From: Azolla caroliniana
Lineage: Eukaryota > Plantae > Polypodiophyta
Direction: 5' to 3'
Length of the DNA: 64,000 bases
Assembly (NCBI GenBank): GCA_043228905.1
Contig: JBHGNT010000004.1
Coordinates: forward strand, 21,328,001-21,392,000
Shown here: piece after piece, positions 18,971 to 34,949 of the stretch
Layout of the letters: every line of letters begins with the position of its first letter
Numbering within the stretch: the stretch's first letter is position 1
Position numbers and translations under genes: made by a program
The notes under the pieces: model-generated
What the model was told of the DNA's origin: nothing
Database searches by the model: none
The model's input: the letters and a program-made list of their open reading frames with translations, nothing else

Positions 18971-19702
18971 TCACTATCATTGTTTAGGAACCTGTTTGGC
19001 CCAAAACGGTTCAACTCAGGTTGAGCCATGCCAAACCGAGCTCAAACTAGTTTGGGAAGCTCAAGCATGAATCAAATTGAATCGAACCGACAAACTGGAA
19101 AATCGTTTAAAAACGGTTTAACAACTCATTTTAGGCTTGAGCCGAGCCGTTGCTGACTCCTAATGGTAAGTTAAGTATTAATGAGCCAAACCCCTAACCA
19201 TTTTTCCTTTTATATTTGTTATGTGGATTCTGTCACGGATAGAGAACGTGATAGATTCTTTCTGTTAATAAGGTGTGGTTATGTTACTATGGACAATGCT
19301 TGTCTTTATATACATGTATGCTTGATGTTTAGACATTTTCAAGGGCTTAGTTAGCTTCGTAAATAGCGTTAGCACAAGGAAGTGTGAGTGAGATTTCGTG
19401 AGGTTAGGGTTTGTGGATCTATTGGTTCGAGAGCAATTGACAATCACTCTTGATTGGTTTGTTATACAATGGTTTGTACCCCTTAGCAAATGATATTGGT
19501 ATGGAGGACGATATATAGATGTATGTGCGATGTAACACACATAGAACTATCACAATCATTACATGCCACTCCAGCTCGCCCAATATTACTTCTATAGGGT
19601 CATGTAGATGTTATGATGTAGCCACTTGGCTTGATGTTCCCAAGCTTCAAGCAAAAATATAAATATCTATATTATGAGTTATGTCACTTGATGGTAAGCC
19701 TT

Positions 19703-19703
<1 letters not shown>

Positions 19704-19765
<62 letters not shown>
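19704..19765. repeat. (GT)n(GA)n compound microsatellite
   Basis: Seen directly. Confidence 0.95.
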
Positions 19766-20169
19766 AAGAAATTTGGCAACTTTTATCATGGTGTTATTTG
19801 ACACCGAGACATTGGGTGTTTGCAAAAGTTACACAGGTTGACCCAAAATCAGAGATGGAGATCGTTTTTCTATTTCTGAGATATTGGGGATTGCGCCATA
19901 ATTGGAACATGCGCAACGCTTTTGTATTCGATGGTAGACATGGAGTGAAAGCATATCTACAAAAGTTGAAGGGAGTACTAATGTGGCAAATTTCTTTATT
20001 GGAGCAAGTGGAAATTCTTTCCTCAGTGGACTGTTCGTCTTGCCTATTGGCAATTCAACATGTTCCACTACCCATGTAGTGTAGTTAGTGAGTGACCATA
20101 CTCCATTGTCACACCCATTGTAAGTAGTGTTTGTTACACACATTTATTAATATAATTGTGTGTTTTCAC

Positions 20170-20172
<3 letters not shown>

Positions 20173-20242
<70 letters not shown>
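20173..20242. repeat. (GA)n microsatellite
   Basis: Seen directly. Confidence 0.95.
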
Positions 20243-20244
<2 letters not shown>

Positions 20245-23200
20245 GTGCAAGGTTACATGTTATCATATTAGTCGTTTGTATTAGTGTGTAGAGCGGTATT
20301 GAGTTCATAGAATTTAGACCCCCAAGTATTTAAAGTTGGTCATGGTGGTGTTTTCTTTTGTAATGAAAGGTATTATTTACAAAAAATAGAGAGAACTCAA
20401 TATGAAAAAGTGAAGAAGTAAGAGGTTTGTAATTTCACCTTGATAATTCTTGTACAATTAACATAATTACATTTGTGTCCTCTTTTAATCTTTAAAGTCA
20501 TTTCACAAGGTTTCTCTATCTTTGGTGCCTTTTCGTCCCTTTTTCATTGTATGACAAATGTCACTTAGGTACTGATGTCCATGTCCATGTCATCGATAGT
20601 TGTCGGGGTGGAGTGTACATCAATCATGAACCTGCCTAGGCCATGACACGGGCATGTGGGATTTCAATATTACAAAAGCTTGTAGTTCCCTAGTTAATGC
20701 CTCCTCTTTATTTGATTTTTCCCTTTTATCCTTTCTCTCTTTATGTTACTCACTTAAAATTAAGGACAATCTTGTTTTGTTGCCAATGAATGATTACCAT
20801 GAAAAAGAAGAAAATTAAGAAATTCTAAAAATTGCGGGAAAACCCATTATATGTGAAATAGATTTGTGATTTATTTATTTAAATTGAAGTTCAGAAGAGA
20901 TGTTCAAGACTCCATAAAAATTTCTAGTACCTAAAAAGAGGTCTAGTACGTAAACTTGTAAAAACATACAATTTTAGCATATAAAATATAGGACTTAGAA
21001 GGAACACCTAATATGAAGGATAGGAGGATGCAAAGATTTTGGTGATAGAAACTTGGCGAAATGTTTTGGAAGTTCTTAGCAACGTTGACATTTGTCACAA
21101 AAAGAATCAAAGCTAATGGGGATTTTGCATCAACCAAGGCAATCCCTCCCATTATTTATGAACTAGCAATGCTTTGGTTCGAGTTGACGTAAACTTTGAA
21201 ACCATGAGTTAACTACCTGGTTCAGTTGGTTTAGGCTTACAAATTTGCAAACGGCTTGGTTTGCTTAAGGGTTTAAGGGTTCCGTTTGAGATTTTATCGG
21301 CCTAATGGTTTGAAGTTTATGTGGCTTCAAACCGTGGCTTAAAAATCTTAACAATTTGGGAGGACATTTTTGAAATATTTACTAAATATAAAGATTATGC
21401 CACTATGTACGTATTACACATTATCAAGTTTTAAGATTGAATACCAACAATTCTTTTTAGTCTTCTTTTGAGCTTTAAAAAAATAACCTTTCTTGAATAT
21501 TTGAGTATACCATTGCCAATATTTAGTTCGAGTCAAAATTGAACCACAAAACCGTAGCTCGTGGGTTTGTTGATCTTTTGAGCCATTTTGTTTGAGCAAA
21601 ACTGGTTTAAAGGTTTCATCATTTGTTTTGATTAAGTTTAAATGAGTTTGAGATTGAGATTCCCACAAGTTATCAAATTGTACCATGGTTAATTACTAGC
21701 ATTCATTATTTCTACCAATCTCTAATGATATTTTCTTAGTGTTTTTTGTACTATATCTACCAACCTCTTGAGTTTGATACAACCCTCTAGACATAATTTC
21801 TTAACCGAATAAATCAAATATATTCTTACACATGGATGATGATGGTGATAAGAAAACAAACAATGGTGGAAAGTCTGATGGAGAGGTTGCACTTGCTTTA
21901 AATGCAGAATAGAGGGTAAAATAATGAAGTCTTTTTCTTGTACGAAAAGCAAGAGGGAAATAATGTAGATGTGCATCATAGTGGTGACGATAAAACAATA
22001 GATTGATATGAGAATGAGCAAGAAGAGATATAGATGAAAACTTATAACAAAAATGTAACACTTTGATAAGACCTGACCATCACAAAAATACCTATTCAAG
22101 TTTTGTTGTGATAGATGACACCAAAGAGAGAACTACAATTGAACGATTTTAAGACGTTGGCCAACAAGCTTTATTAGGCCTTGAGATGGGGGGGTCCCAT
22201 TAAAAAGTGTGGTATATGGCCATAATTTATGTAAATGTACGATATGGCCAGAAATTACATGAATGTGCTTTAGATTTGGCCCTAGGTAAAGCTCACGTCC
22301 TCAAGCTCGGCACAACTAGTAGACTAGTGTTTAAGCTCTCATTGTACTAAATGCAAGAATGCAAGAATGCAAGATTAGCTTATCTTTGAATGTTATCATG
22401 CTTTGAGAAAATTCTTCTAGGGGACACACGTCCTTCTCGAGGTTAGGTATCCAAATAGGTCAAGGAATGAACATGCAAACTTTCTCTAGATTACATTTAG
22501 TCAAAAAGGGATGGATCTAAACCGATGCATATGTGCGGTAGATGCACCACATGATTTCCCATGTTCTCTATTGACCTATGGATCAAGTTGTGATTATTGA
22601 CAATTGCCACATTCTATTGTCCATATATTTGAGTTTTTGGTCCATTTCCATCCCTCTCCATATCAATCAAATTGTGATGCCCAGACTTACATCTTGAAAC
22701 CCATCCAAAGAGTGATACAACACGCCATCACTCTAATCCACCCATTGAAAATAGAAATTTGGGATTGGGTTGAACAGCGAGGAGGAAAAGAGAGGATATG
22801 ACACCTACGGTGCTTCAATGTAACAAAAAACAAAAGAACGTGTCACTTGAGGAATCTTCGCATGTGAAGAATCATTATGAAGATTTCTAAAAGGTGGTTT
22901 GTACAAGGCTCCACAATGTCCACATGAGAACACGGCTACTGAGAAGAAACATGAGGACCACTCTGACTGACCGCAAACAAAAAAGTGCTCGTCGACGTAG
23001 GCATCGGCGGATGAATGGCCAACTAGTGAGGTCGCGAAAGGGGCCTAATGTGGAGTTTTCTGCTCTTTCTTTCTTTTATTTTTGCTTTCGGTTTGTGCCC
23101 TATTATTGAGAACGCCCATGGGCGGGGGGGGGGGGACCCATGGGAAAATCACGGGGTCCGCGGACATTAGAATATCATCATCATCATCATCATGAAGAAG

Positions 23201-23469
23201 GAAGGAGAGAAGGAAAAACAAAAGGGGGGGGGGGGGTTGGAAAGACCTGAGTATAAAGTTTAGGGAACTACTGCTATGAGAGTGCATGAAAAGAAAGAAA
23301 GAAACAAACAAACAAAAGGCAATTTCTGAGAAAAACAATGGGTGTGATTGGGGGTGGGAGTGTGTGTGTGTGTGTGTGTGCTTCTCCCTCCACTCTGTAA
23401 AGAAGGAAGATGAATGAAGTGGAACAGAGCAAGGTATTTTCTCTTTTGTTCATGACTAGTGAGTGAGTA

Positions 23470-23887
<418 letters not shown>

Positions 23888-23893
23888 GGGGAT

Positions 23894-25974
23894 ATGAGTC
23901 TGCCAGGGGTGGAGAGCGCAAGGAGGCGGAGGGCTTCCCATTCTTCGTCCACACCTTCCACCTTCTCTACCTTCAGTTTCCGTCTAAATCAACGCCTCAA
24001 CACTCATCATCACTATACCCCCACCCAACGGGTATATATATATATATATATACCCAATTACTGGTTTTCATGTGACTGTCCATGATGGATAGATTGATAG
24101 TGAACCCTTAAAAATGAAAAACCACATTCTTCAGGTGCGCGCCTGCGATGCAGTCGCCAGCTCTGTCGAATCGAATGTCCAGGTCGATGCCGATGATGAC
24201 GATATGATGATAACTACGAATGAATCTGAGCTCATTGCCAACAATCAGAGAAGAGTGGCAATAGAGGCAAGGGGTCGACTTCACGATAAGCTATGGCGGC
24301 TAAATGTTGGTGGGATTCGCGGCTCAGCCCGTCGGTGGCGGCCTCATCAACGGTATGTACCTCAGGATATATTATATATCCCCTTGTTGTCGATTCTTTG
24401 TATCAATTATCTCATTTTCTGAACCCATAGAAGCCATGGAAACAGCATTTAGAAGGTTAGAAGACCCACAATGCTATGATATTAACGTTATGAAGGGAAA
24501 TTGCAGCCGCCTTAGAGACACCTGCTCCATCCAAGTGAGATACAAATACATGGATCAACATAGAAAGCTTTAATTTTACCGGGAAAGGAAATCATTTTCA
24601 TCGAATCATCGCATTAAACAATTGCTATACTCCGATCTACGTCCTAAAAGCTACACATTCTAGCATAACCCAATCAAAATGAAGGGAATCTGGAATCGTC
24701 ACTTAGGCATACCCTCATCTATTGACATTCGTGGTCATTATTCATTAACTACTACTGTACCTAAGCCTTTTACTAAGGACCCTTATTAAAATATGAAACA
24801 GGAGGTGTGAGAGGTAAATGCTTCAATATACATACAAAACTTTTTAACATAAGTTTACATAAAAAAAAGGGCCCTTATTTACCCAGCTAAGCTAGGGATA
24901 TTCTGGTACATTTTTGAAAGCTTAAGGATATCCAGATATATATAGCTTTTGATGTTTTGTTCTTTTATTAAAGACTGGCAAATTCTTCCTAAATTTCTAA
25001 ATTACAGAGCACAATTACTTTGACCCTGATTTTAGAAGTTTTGGCGATTGATTGATAGAAAACTCATTAACTAGGATTAAATTAAGTGAGTGAGGGGATA
25101 AATCCTAGACATTATTATAAAAAATGTCTCATGACTATGCCACTCAATTTTAACATGCTGCAACCTGCTTAAATGTGTGGTATTATTTCAAGAATTGTGG
25201 CATAATTGGATGACATTTTAATCATTTGCGCATTATTATTATTATTAGGAGAGAACTCCTAAATACTCACTGTGCTTTTCTTTGCTTCCTCAAATGTCTT
25301 TGGGTTTTCTCTATTTTCCTAACCCTCTTGGAAAACCCCATAGATAGCACATGTAGTTTATTAAAGGCATATGAATCGGTCTGGAAATTGCTAGTAGATA
25401 GCACCTATAATTGCTCTTTCGGTGGTTGACCAACGACATTTTGTGGGAATAAAGAAAAACTCGGGTATTCTGCAGCTTTCCCCTTATTATTATGAATCAT
25501 GATATCTGACCATTTTATTTCGATATTCAGCTTCCTAAGTGTTACTCTTATCAGTTAATAATTTATCCTACTTTGTATATGTTAGCTGATGTCAATTTTG
25601 AAATGTGTGCAAGTTGCAGACTTCAGCAAGTAGCTTCCATGACCATATTCGCGAACTCTTGTAGTACCTTCCAATTCTTAACTTCTCTACTTCTGAAAAG
25701 CAAGTCCAGGTTTCCTATTCCGATGACCCGCCAACCACTGCCAGAGTCAACCATCAAACATACTGACGAAGAATTTTCATGCCCTGTGTGCCTTGACATG
25801 TTAAAGTTATCGCTTGATAGTGATGATAATCATCATCACAGTATTAAACATCAAGTAGTGATATCCCTACCTTGCCGACATTCTTTCCACCGTGATTGTC
25901 TTCTTCCTTGGCTGTCTCTAGTCACATCGGCTAAAAGTTGCCCCATGTGCAGAGCACCCATCACATTGGCATAA
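23894..25974 (+). CDS. RING-H2 E3 ubiquitin ligase (RHY1A-like), 3 exons: 23894-24031, 24135-24352, 25620-25974 (236 aa)
   Basis: N-terminal [11 protein letters not shown], middle [10 protein letters not shown] and C-terminal CPVC...[16 protein letters not shown]...CPMCR. GT-AG junctions join in frame. Confidence 0.85.
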
Positions 25975-26525
25975 TTCATTCCTTAATAGCCATCAATGTT
26001 GGTGATTATAACATAACAGTATGGTTCCACAAAAACATTTCATACATTAATCACACATGCTAGAAGAGGTCTTAACATTTGCAAATCATGAGTCACCACC
26101 ATAACAAACTGTCAAACGTCCTAATGCTGACACAACACGCATGGGTATTCCCAACTTGTCTTTTATTGATTGACAAAAAAGCTACCCAGCTTTGCATGCT
26201 CATGATATTAGATAATGGTTAAAAAAACGTTACTGTCTAGGCAATGCAAGTTTTTACGATGCTTATAATTCAAGGTAAAATAATAGTTGCAGTGCACCAA
26301 AAGAACCAGCTGTTAGCTCTATCAATTATAAGAATTGGACATTATTTTTTCGTCAGGCATTCCTCCAAAGTCTTCCTCTCTTCTCTGCCCATATAACATC
26401 CATGATCCATTCATAAACTATTCATACACTCGCAAATAACAAGACCCAATGCATCAAATTGCTCAATGCACATAACACCTTGTTTCTGCCTTTACTCTTC
26501 AGGCCATGGATAGAAGATTGGCTTC

Positions 26526-29500
26526 TTACAATTTACATATGGACCTTATACTTTCCACGATCAAATTGATTTTCTCTGGGGAATATGAAGTTCCGCCAAA
26601 ATTTATGTGTTTTCCAGCTTCTGCGCGGTCAAAATAGAAAGCCCCCGAATTCAGCTCCTCATTAGGCCTCACAGCTAACCAAACAATGGTATCGGCCCCT
26701 TGTTCTGGGGTGCGTAAGCTATCCTTCACACTGATGCATTCATTAATCCATAGGAGATCTCATCAGTTATATGAATCCTATAACCTGTAAGGGCCTGTTA
26801 CTAACATAATATGAATGTGAATAATATGATTTGCTTACGTTTTCCCAAACCCAGGTAGGCTTTGCATTACCCCAGGAGTGTCTGCCCACCCAGGGTGCAT
26901 TGAGTAAAAGCCAATTTTCTTTTCTTTGTAATCCATCGCCCATTTTTCCGTCAACGCAACCTGCAAACAGGTGCTGATTTAAGCCAGGCTCTTCCACACT
27001 TCAAAAGACCTGTTCGCTCTCCTATTTTCTTGCATGTACCTTTTACAACTGATGTGATACCCCTTCAATGACCATGCATGAGTTCACATCATCCACATTT
27101 CCTGAGGCATGACTCACATGTGCTTCCTTTTTACTAAACACACATTAATAGAGATTCTATATCAACGGGAATTCTAGCTCAAACATGTATTTTAGCAGAT
27201 GGGTTCATACTGCCCTTAATTTCTATGGCATGATTCATCACACTACATTTTGTATCACAGACACCCTAGTTCACTTATAGATAGATGCAATTACAGAATA
27301 AACAATACAACTAAAATTAACACTCTTCAGGATATTGATTGTGCCTCTCCCCAAAACATGGACCAATACTCAACCACACAATTGGCCTACCTGTATACGT
27401 TTATTGCGGGCATATTGCATCGATCCATTGAAGGTCCCTTGTTCACACTGAAATAGGCCCATGTATTATTAGCTTTTCAAATTTAGATTCAGCGTTTTCA
27501 ACAAAACAAAACCAGTTTAGAAACCTCCCCTTACTTGTAAATCATCTGAAAGTGGTGCTGCATACATGCCTCCAGATGAAACAGTTATTACGCGGGCATC
27601 TGGTGCAGCCCTCTCAAGAGAAGATAGTAACAATTCAGTCATTACATATGTACCAGCCACATTTACTGCAAAGCTCATTTCCAACCTGTTTCACCAACAA
27701 ATCAACTCTATTTAAGCATGTCATTACACCCTCAAAACAGCTGGCAAGAGTAAGCAATACAATTAAATAGACCTCCAAAGATTGTGATTTAATATAAAGA
27801 CAGTAGAGATTTGTGAAAGCAACCACATTAGGAAGTTCCTTTAAAAGAACATACAAAATGAATAAATACAATCACTGCCATGGCCACCAAGTGTTGGATT
27901 GTAAAGTTATGTATGTGTGAATGTTGAGGGATTGTATTGGGTTCTAACGCCTGTATCTGGTAGTAAGGCCCTGCTGGGCTGCATACATATCATGCCTCTA
28001 GGATGCTGTCCCTAAGTAGCTTCGGTATGAAACTTGCCTCTACAATGCCCATCCCTAGTTTGCCTCATCTCTAGGTTGATTTACTGCCCGACTCCTCTCT
28101 AGGATGATTCATCCCTATGTTGCATCAGTTATATCACTTGGCACAGTGAACAATTATCCTGCAGATGAGGACTTACCAGCAGGTAACATGACACGAGGTT
28201 GTGATTCTGCCTTAAATACAATAACAGAGCCATTTTTTATTTCAACACACTTAGACCTACAGGGGAATTCCAAATTGAACACCCAAAAGGAGGTAAAAAA
28301 GAAGGCATTTATAGAACGCGCAAGTACAAATATTTCTGATTCTAACAGGAATTCTGTACAATGAAGGAATAGGACAAGGTAGAAAGGCAAATGAAAGAAA
28401 GGGATGAAAGGGTCCAATCCAGGAATCAGCATGGCAAGCCTATGACTGACGGCTTCCACACCTTGGTCATTGTAGGCCTCTCACATGTGCCTCCATGATT
28501 TGCCTCCTGTCAGAGATCTCCTTGATGATGAAGCCTGCGACTTAAATCTCATTGATTTCAAAGCCTAAGCATTCATACTCAAGAAAAAAAACAAAATCCA
28601 AGAGGATACGCAGTTATAGATCCTATAATGACAGTCAATTATAGTTCTAAAGAGGATAGGCGGTTACAGATATCATAATTCTAATTGATCCTAATTCAGG
28701 AATTCTGTATAACCATGAATGGAATGAGTTCTAATATACATTATACCACAATGTCCATAACATTTGATTGCAAAACTAATGGCCACATCATTATATCTGT
28801 TATTAGGTTAGAATCATTCAGAAACAAGAGCATACCTATGCTACTCCATAAGCATTTACAAACCGTGCAGGCACCACTAGAGCTTACAAAACTTCACTAA
28901 TCTGTCCTAAAGAGTTTAACATGGGCTTACCCATCTTTGGTAAGCAGTCTTTTATTTTCCAACACTCCTGCATTGTTTACCTGTTTTCACAACAAACAAA
29001 AATCATCTGCACTAAATTGGCATTGACAAAATCAAATGTTTTATGAAGCCAAGTTTGAAAAATGTTTTATAAATCCTAAAATTGAAGTACATAGTTAATA
29101 AAAATGTTGAATGTATTTGTACTACATTAACTGTGCTGAATATATTTATAGGATTACAAATTTTGCGATCCAAGTCTGTTAGATACAATCAATGATCAGC
29201 CCCAAGTTGTAAATCTATCCCCATATGTGCTCTTAGAGTGCACATTTTGTGATAGCGCCCCAAATGAGGAGCAGCTAGTGTGCAACTCGACCATATGGGT
29301 CAATAAGATGTCAATCTAGGAAACCGTAGATGCATAGGACACAATGTATTTAGGAAAGAGCGGAATAGGCTAATAGGATTGGCTAATCAAGTCAACTAGA
29401 ATATTTTGTGGGCAAGTTACGATGTACTTAGTCTTGAAGTATGTGCCATTGACTTGAAGATAAGTACTATCTAGCACTAGCCTGTATCTAGGGAATTGGG

Positions 29501-32500
29501 CCATATTAAATGACAAGTCAATTGACAAAAAAGGAATATCTCCACTACAATCAACTGACTTGCACATTTAATGTTATACTCAGACCAAACATAGAACATA
29601 TTACACTTTCTTACACAGTGGTTGGATAGATTATCAGTCCCCACTAATTTTGTCGTGAGCTGGTCCAGATCCCATCTAAGCTCTAAGGTGTGAGCGCATG
29701 GGTGAACTACCATTGTGAGCTACTCTCATATGTAATAGAAGTTTTGTTTTCATATATCCACCTCTATGGTTATAACTCTATATACCTATCTAATCGATTC
29801 TCAATATTTCTAACAAAGTCGAATGTTTGTACTAAACAGTCAAATGTTTTACGAAGTCAAGATTCAAAAATGATTTGCAAATCGTAAAATTGAAGTTGTT
29901 ACTTAATAGAAATGTTGAATATATTTGTACATATCTTTGTTATCGTGAATATATTTGTTTGGAATATAAATTTGAGATCAATTACAAAAACACATAAATG
30001 CCTATTCTTATGTACACGTACATGTTTCAAACACTCTGAGAAACAGACACAGACCATCACTCTTGTGTTTCTGCAGTTTTCGAGACTTACCAATACATGT
30101 AGCGGTAACTTTGAATCAGTGAACTCTTTAGCACAATCAGTAACTTGTTGGATAGACGATAAATCACAAATCTGCAATGACCATAACCATAAGAGAGATG
30201 ACAAAGTCAGACCAAATCTCTCCCTTACTAGAAGATATTCAGCGACGAAATGACATCTTAAAAAACAACCTTAAGGTGTATGTTTGGATTCCCAGTTTGT
30301 AACTGAATCTTTGATTGAGCATCTTCGCCTTTCTCCTTGTTCCGACAAACCATGTACACAGTTGCGCCCCTATATACAATTCAATAAGAAACACAATGGC
30401 CCTGATATCAGGTAAACATGTCTGAAAGAAAAAGGAAAGGAGCACCATAAAGGCACATTTACATGACACCAAAATTCCAGTCTCTTATGATTTCTTGTAG
30501 GAGTAGCGTTGGAACATTACAAGACAGTGCAGGTGAGCCTTGTCACTGAGACCTCCAATGTGAAAAGGCGCAGTAAAGCAAAGACAAGGATACGAGGAGT
30601 GATGGAAGAGTTAAAGAGTATGTGCGTGAGACTCCAGGAGGGACACAGATGGAAAGAAAGAGAATGAGAGTGCAACCCTAATTGAAAGAGACAGTGAATT
30701 AAAGGCTTGTCACCCCTCTTCTTAGCAACAACTAGCTTGTCAAGCCTTAGCAGATGATGAATTTATGTTTCTGAGGACTGACTGGACAATATGTGTGGCC
30801 ATAGTCATTTGCATTGGCTTCAAACCTACATAATAATACCACCAAATCAGCACTCGTTAGTTGCAACGGAAGTGATTTTCTGGCTTTGAAATGGGAGCGG
30901 CAAGCAAGTCTTGTTTAAGATATCCCTGGGAAATATTTTAAGATACCTGCGATATTTTTCGATCATTCAAGTTTTGTTTAAGATATTGCTTGACTTTACA
31001 ACATAGTAATTAATACGATTACACACGTGTGACTGTTTCAAACAGTCACATGTTGCAAATTTACATCTCTCTTTCTATATAAGACATACATAATTTAGGC
31101 CATAAGTTCTTTCAAGTTCAGACCATTGAGGTGGCAAATACATTTTTAAATCTCTCTTTCTATACAAGACAAACATAATGCATAACATTTAGGCCATAAG
31201 TTCTTTCAGTTAAGACCACTGGGGTGATAATTACATTTTTAAGCTGAACAACAGATTCATATAGCACTATGTTTACACATTATAAAATCCAACCTACTGT
31301 GATAGGACAATTTCTCCCCTAAATAGGTTCAAAACAATGTTTTTCCAAAATGATTATGTGTCACATTGCTATATGTATCAAATATGAAAGACTTGCCCAA
31401 CATAACCAATAAAAGATGGGCAAGATTTGTAGTATATGGTGGTTTCGGCTGTCCAGAAAGCAGATGTAGAAACCATTATTTAGTAGATACATATGAAATA
31501 CAGATATCTAGAAAATAAACATGGAAACAAATACTCTTTATCCAAATTTGTTAAAAAGAGACGTTGTGAAGAACGATATACAAAATCATGTTAGTAAAAA
31601 CGATCATGTGACTTTTTGAAACCATGTTAGTAAAAATGAGCATGAATCCATATGCCATTCAAGCATGCCCACATCTAGGTTATCCTAAGAACACATTGAC
31701 CATATTATTTACACAGCTGGCTCATCAAGTTTTAGACTTTCCCACTTCCAGAAATAATGTCTTGAACCTCATAAGTTCCATGAGACGAGACTGAGCTAAC
31801 ACATTGTCCATATTATTTATGCAGCTAGTTCATCAGGTTTTAGATTTTCCATCAGCCTCAAAGAGGCAGGAGAAACTGAACTACTGAAATTCCAAAATTA
31901 AATGAGAAAATATCACTGATCCTAAAAATCTATATTTTTAGTTTAATTCAAAGATCCCAAACAACCAAATTTACAGTTTCATGCAAAGATCTGAGAAAAA
32001 AAGTGCAGAGAGAGAGGAAGCGCAAGAAGTATATAGACCTGGCTGCGAGCGCCTTGGCTGTTTCAAACCCTAACCCAGCATTGGATCCGGTTACAATACA
32101 GTTCTTTCCTGTCATATCCACAGAAACATCATCTTCCTTGAAACGTTTCATGTGATTTCTGCACAGAAAAAAAAAATCAACATTTCCTTCATGTTTTTTA
32201 AGACATGAAAACCAGATAAGGAGAAGCCTTTATCTAAAAGAAACAATTACAGAAGTCAATGAGAAACAGATAGAAACACGCATCACAGAATTCTGTGTAA
32301 TCAGATACAAAACCACTTCAAAGATTTATCTGTGGATTTATACATGTATGATGTATATGGATAGATAGATATACATATACATATATCTATACCGAGATGT
32401 GTGTGTATTACTTACATACTAACAGAATCCGTGGAATCAGCAGAAACCGCATACAAAAAAGGAACTTCAAGACAGCCTTGAGGAAATCCATAAAAATCAA

Positions 32501-32735
32501 ATAGAAATGTGAATCAAAGATTGGCCTGAAGACTTATACTTACAGAAATCCTGACTTTGTAAAGTGGAAGAATCCTATCGTTGAAAAAGCAGCTACTCTA
32601 TAGGCCTGGTTTCATGGGAGAGGAGATAAAAGCATAAGGAGGAGGATGAACAACAACAACAACAACAAATGGCTTCATTAATTGGTGGAAGGAGGAAGCG
32701 ATATATTCGTATTTTACATGAATGAGCGCCGCCAT
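26526..32735 (-). CDS. Short-chain dehydrogenase/reductase, DHRS12-like (~10 exons)
   Basis: Exons encode MAALIH / AYRVAAFSTIGFFHFTKSGF / TGSNAGLG (NAD(P) motif) / VCRNKEKG / CDLSS / VNNAG / VITVSSGG / YARNK (catalytic YxxxK) / MHPGWADTPG / LRTPEQGADTIVWLA. Splice sites are canonical. Confidence 0.9.
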
Positions 32736-33155
32736 GGACTTCAGCTACGGAACGCGATCCTACTGCAATGCTGCTTGCGTCTGCTTCTTCTGATTCTGCT
32801 TCTTCTTCTGCTTATGCTGTATTCGTTTCGTGGAGAGTGGGCTTTTGATCTTCTGTCATAGGATGGAGGAGAGCTAACAAAAAACAGAGGCGCAGGGCAG
32901 GGCCCAGAACGTGGGCGATACACAAACATCACAAAAAGGAAGATCAAGAATTAAAAGAAAAAGTGTTCTCACAATACATATGTACAACTTACAAGTGTGA
33001 ATTGTTTTGTTTTGTTTTGTTTTGTTTTGTTTTGTTTAGGTAAAGAGGCGGCGGGGCAAGCGAGAGTTTGAGATGAGATGTTGTCCGTCGTCTGTCGTCG
33101 GCTCCTTGGGTCGCACATATTACAAAGAGGAAGGGTGCGCATTTCATGTTCTTTC

Positions 33156-33611
33156 TAACAATCGGCAACGGTTCGGAACCGCGCGCGAAAACGCGGCTTA
33201 ACGGTTTAAACGGTTCGATTCGATTTTAACACTTAGAAACCGTGGTTTAATGGTTTTTTATTTTCTATTTTTATTAAAAATTAACAATCTTTTCATTTTC
33301 ATGCCTTACTGTATTCTCACATTTTAGGAAAATCTTTAAACTTTTGAAATTTTAAATAATGAAATATTTACAATTTTTTAATTTTAAATAATGAAATATT
33401 TACAATTTTTTAATTTTAAATTTTGACCTAAGCTGAAAACCAAAACCGAACCACGAAACCACAGTTTTACTGTTTTAATGGCTTAACGGTTTGAAAAAAA
33501 AAATTTAATGGTTCAGTTTCGTGGTTCGGTTCAGTTCAGTTCAGATTTCTAAAATTTTGAATAGTTCGGTTTTGACCCTCTCGAACCGAACTGAATTGTT
33601 GCCGATTGTTA
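33156..33611. mobile_element. hAT-like MITE
   Basis: Perfect terminal inverted repeat TAACAATCGGCAAC/GTTGCCGATTGTTA. Degenerate 8-bp TSD GTTCTTTC/GCTTTTTC. Many subterminal AACCG/CGGTT motifs. Confidence 0.75.
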
Positions 33612-34949
33612 GCTTTTTCTGTATCGTAAGGCCCCTTGCAGAAAGTGTCAATCAAATCAAGCCTTCTTTGCCGATGTACACTAGGCTTAACCCTACTATA
33701 GGCTACCATAAGCTCTACTCGAGGATTTCCTATGGCTTGTTTAACATGTCGCCTCAATTATCAACCAAACTTAAGTAGCATTGATCAACTCTTGCCAAGT
33801 TGGAGTATATGCGTTAGAAGTCTTACTCGATAATGACTTCAACAATATTAGCTCTTGGAAGATCACATCTCAAGCCAAACTACATGGTTTTAGAGTAAAA
33901 TCTTCCTTCTAGTGAACAAGCACTATTGGGTGAAACAATGCATGGTGTGTAGGTCACAAAGAGTCCAGCCACACTTCATATTGGAGTGTTTTTTTTTTCT
34001 TGAACACTGTATCTTAGAATGGATTGTGGTACACTCTTCCACTAGGTCTAAACTATTTGGTATTCAAAACCAAAACAAACTCAATAGTTGTTGTATACAT
34101 GTTCAAACAACTCAATTAGGTCCATGCATTGCAAACAAACCTTAATATTGTTGAGGTTAGGGTAGTGTTTCTTCCAAGATAAGGATTAGGGATCCTTAGA
34201 ATCATGCAAATTTCTTTTTAGTATGGCAATTTTTTATTGTTGCGATCATCATGTAGTGTTGCATTGATTCCCATAACTAAGAGTCAAGACAATGGTTGGT
34301 TGAACATCACCAAATATGTGCTAGTATGGGTGCAATTTATGTTGCACTACTCAAGATTGTGAAATATGATTCATTAAAAATAATTTACTGGCTCACATAT
34401 CGAGGTAAAATCATCTATTGTTGCAAATCTTCATTTGAAAAATTGATGCCACTTATCTAAATTTCTATATCAGGCTCATTCAACATGAACCAATACTTTT
34501 GAAATATAGAAAAGCATCTCCTAATTTAGTGTATTATGCTCGGCTCGAACAGATGTAAACATACATTTTTCTTTCTTTACATTCAAGATTGCTAGCTACA
34601 TATAATGTATCAGGTTGATGAATCTATCTACTCATTGCAATGCCCAAATGAAATTTGCAGATGTGGAACATCATTGACGGGCTACAAGTTTAATCATTTT
34701 CAGCCACCGGTATTGGATATACATGAAGAAAACCTTAGTTGCTGCGATAGACGTGGTTATAAAAGTACATTAAGATACAATTTCAAAAGATTACTTCTGA
34801 AGGAATATGGATCAATACATGGAGAGGTCAATCTTCGACATGCAGGCACACTTATGTACATCCAGCACCCAGGTCTGCTTATGTATATAGACCCCACACA
34901 TGTGGAATAGCTTAGAGAAGCACGCCATGAATATTTAGGATAGACTAAC

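Noticed and set aside
18985-22175. Possible PIF/Harbinger element (TTA-GGAACCTGTTTGG start, AAACCG/CGGTTT-rich patches at ~19.0 and ~21.2 kb)
   Set aside because: No convincing matching right TIR or transposase motif could be established.
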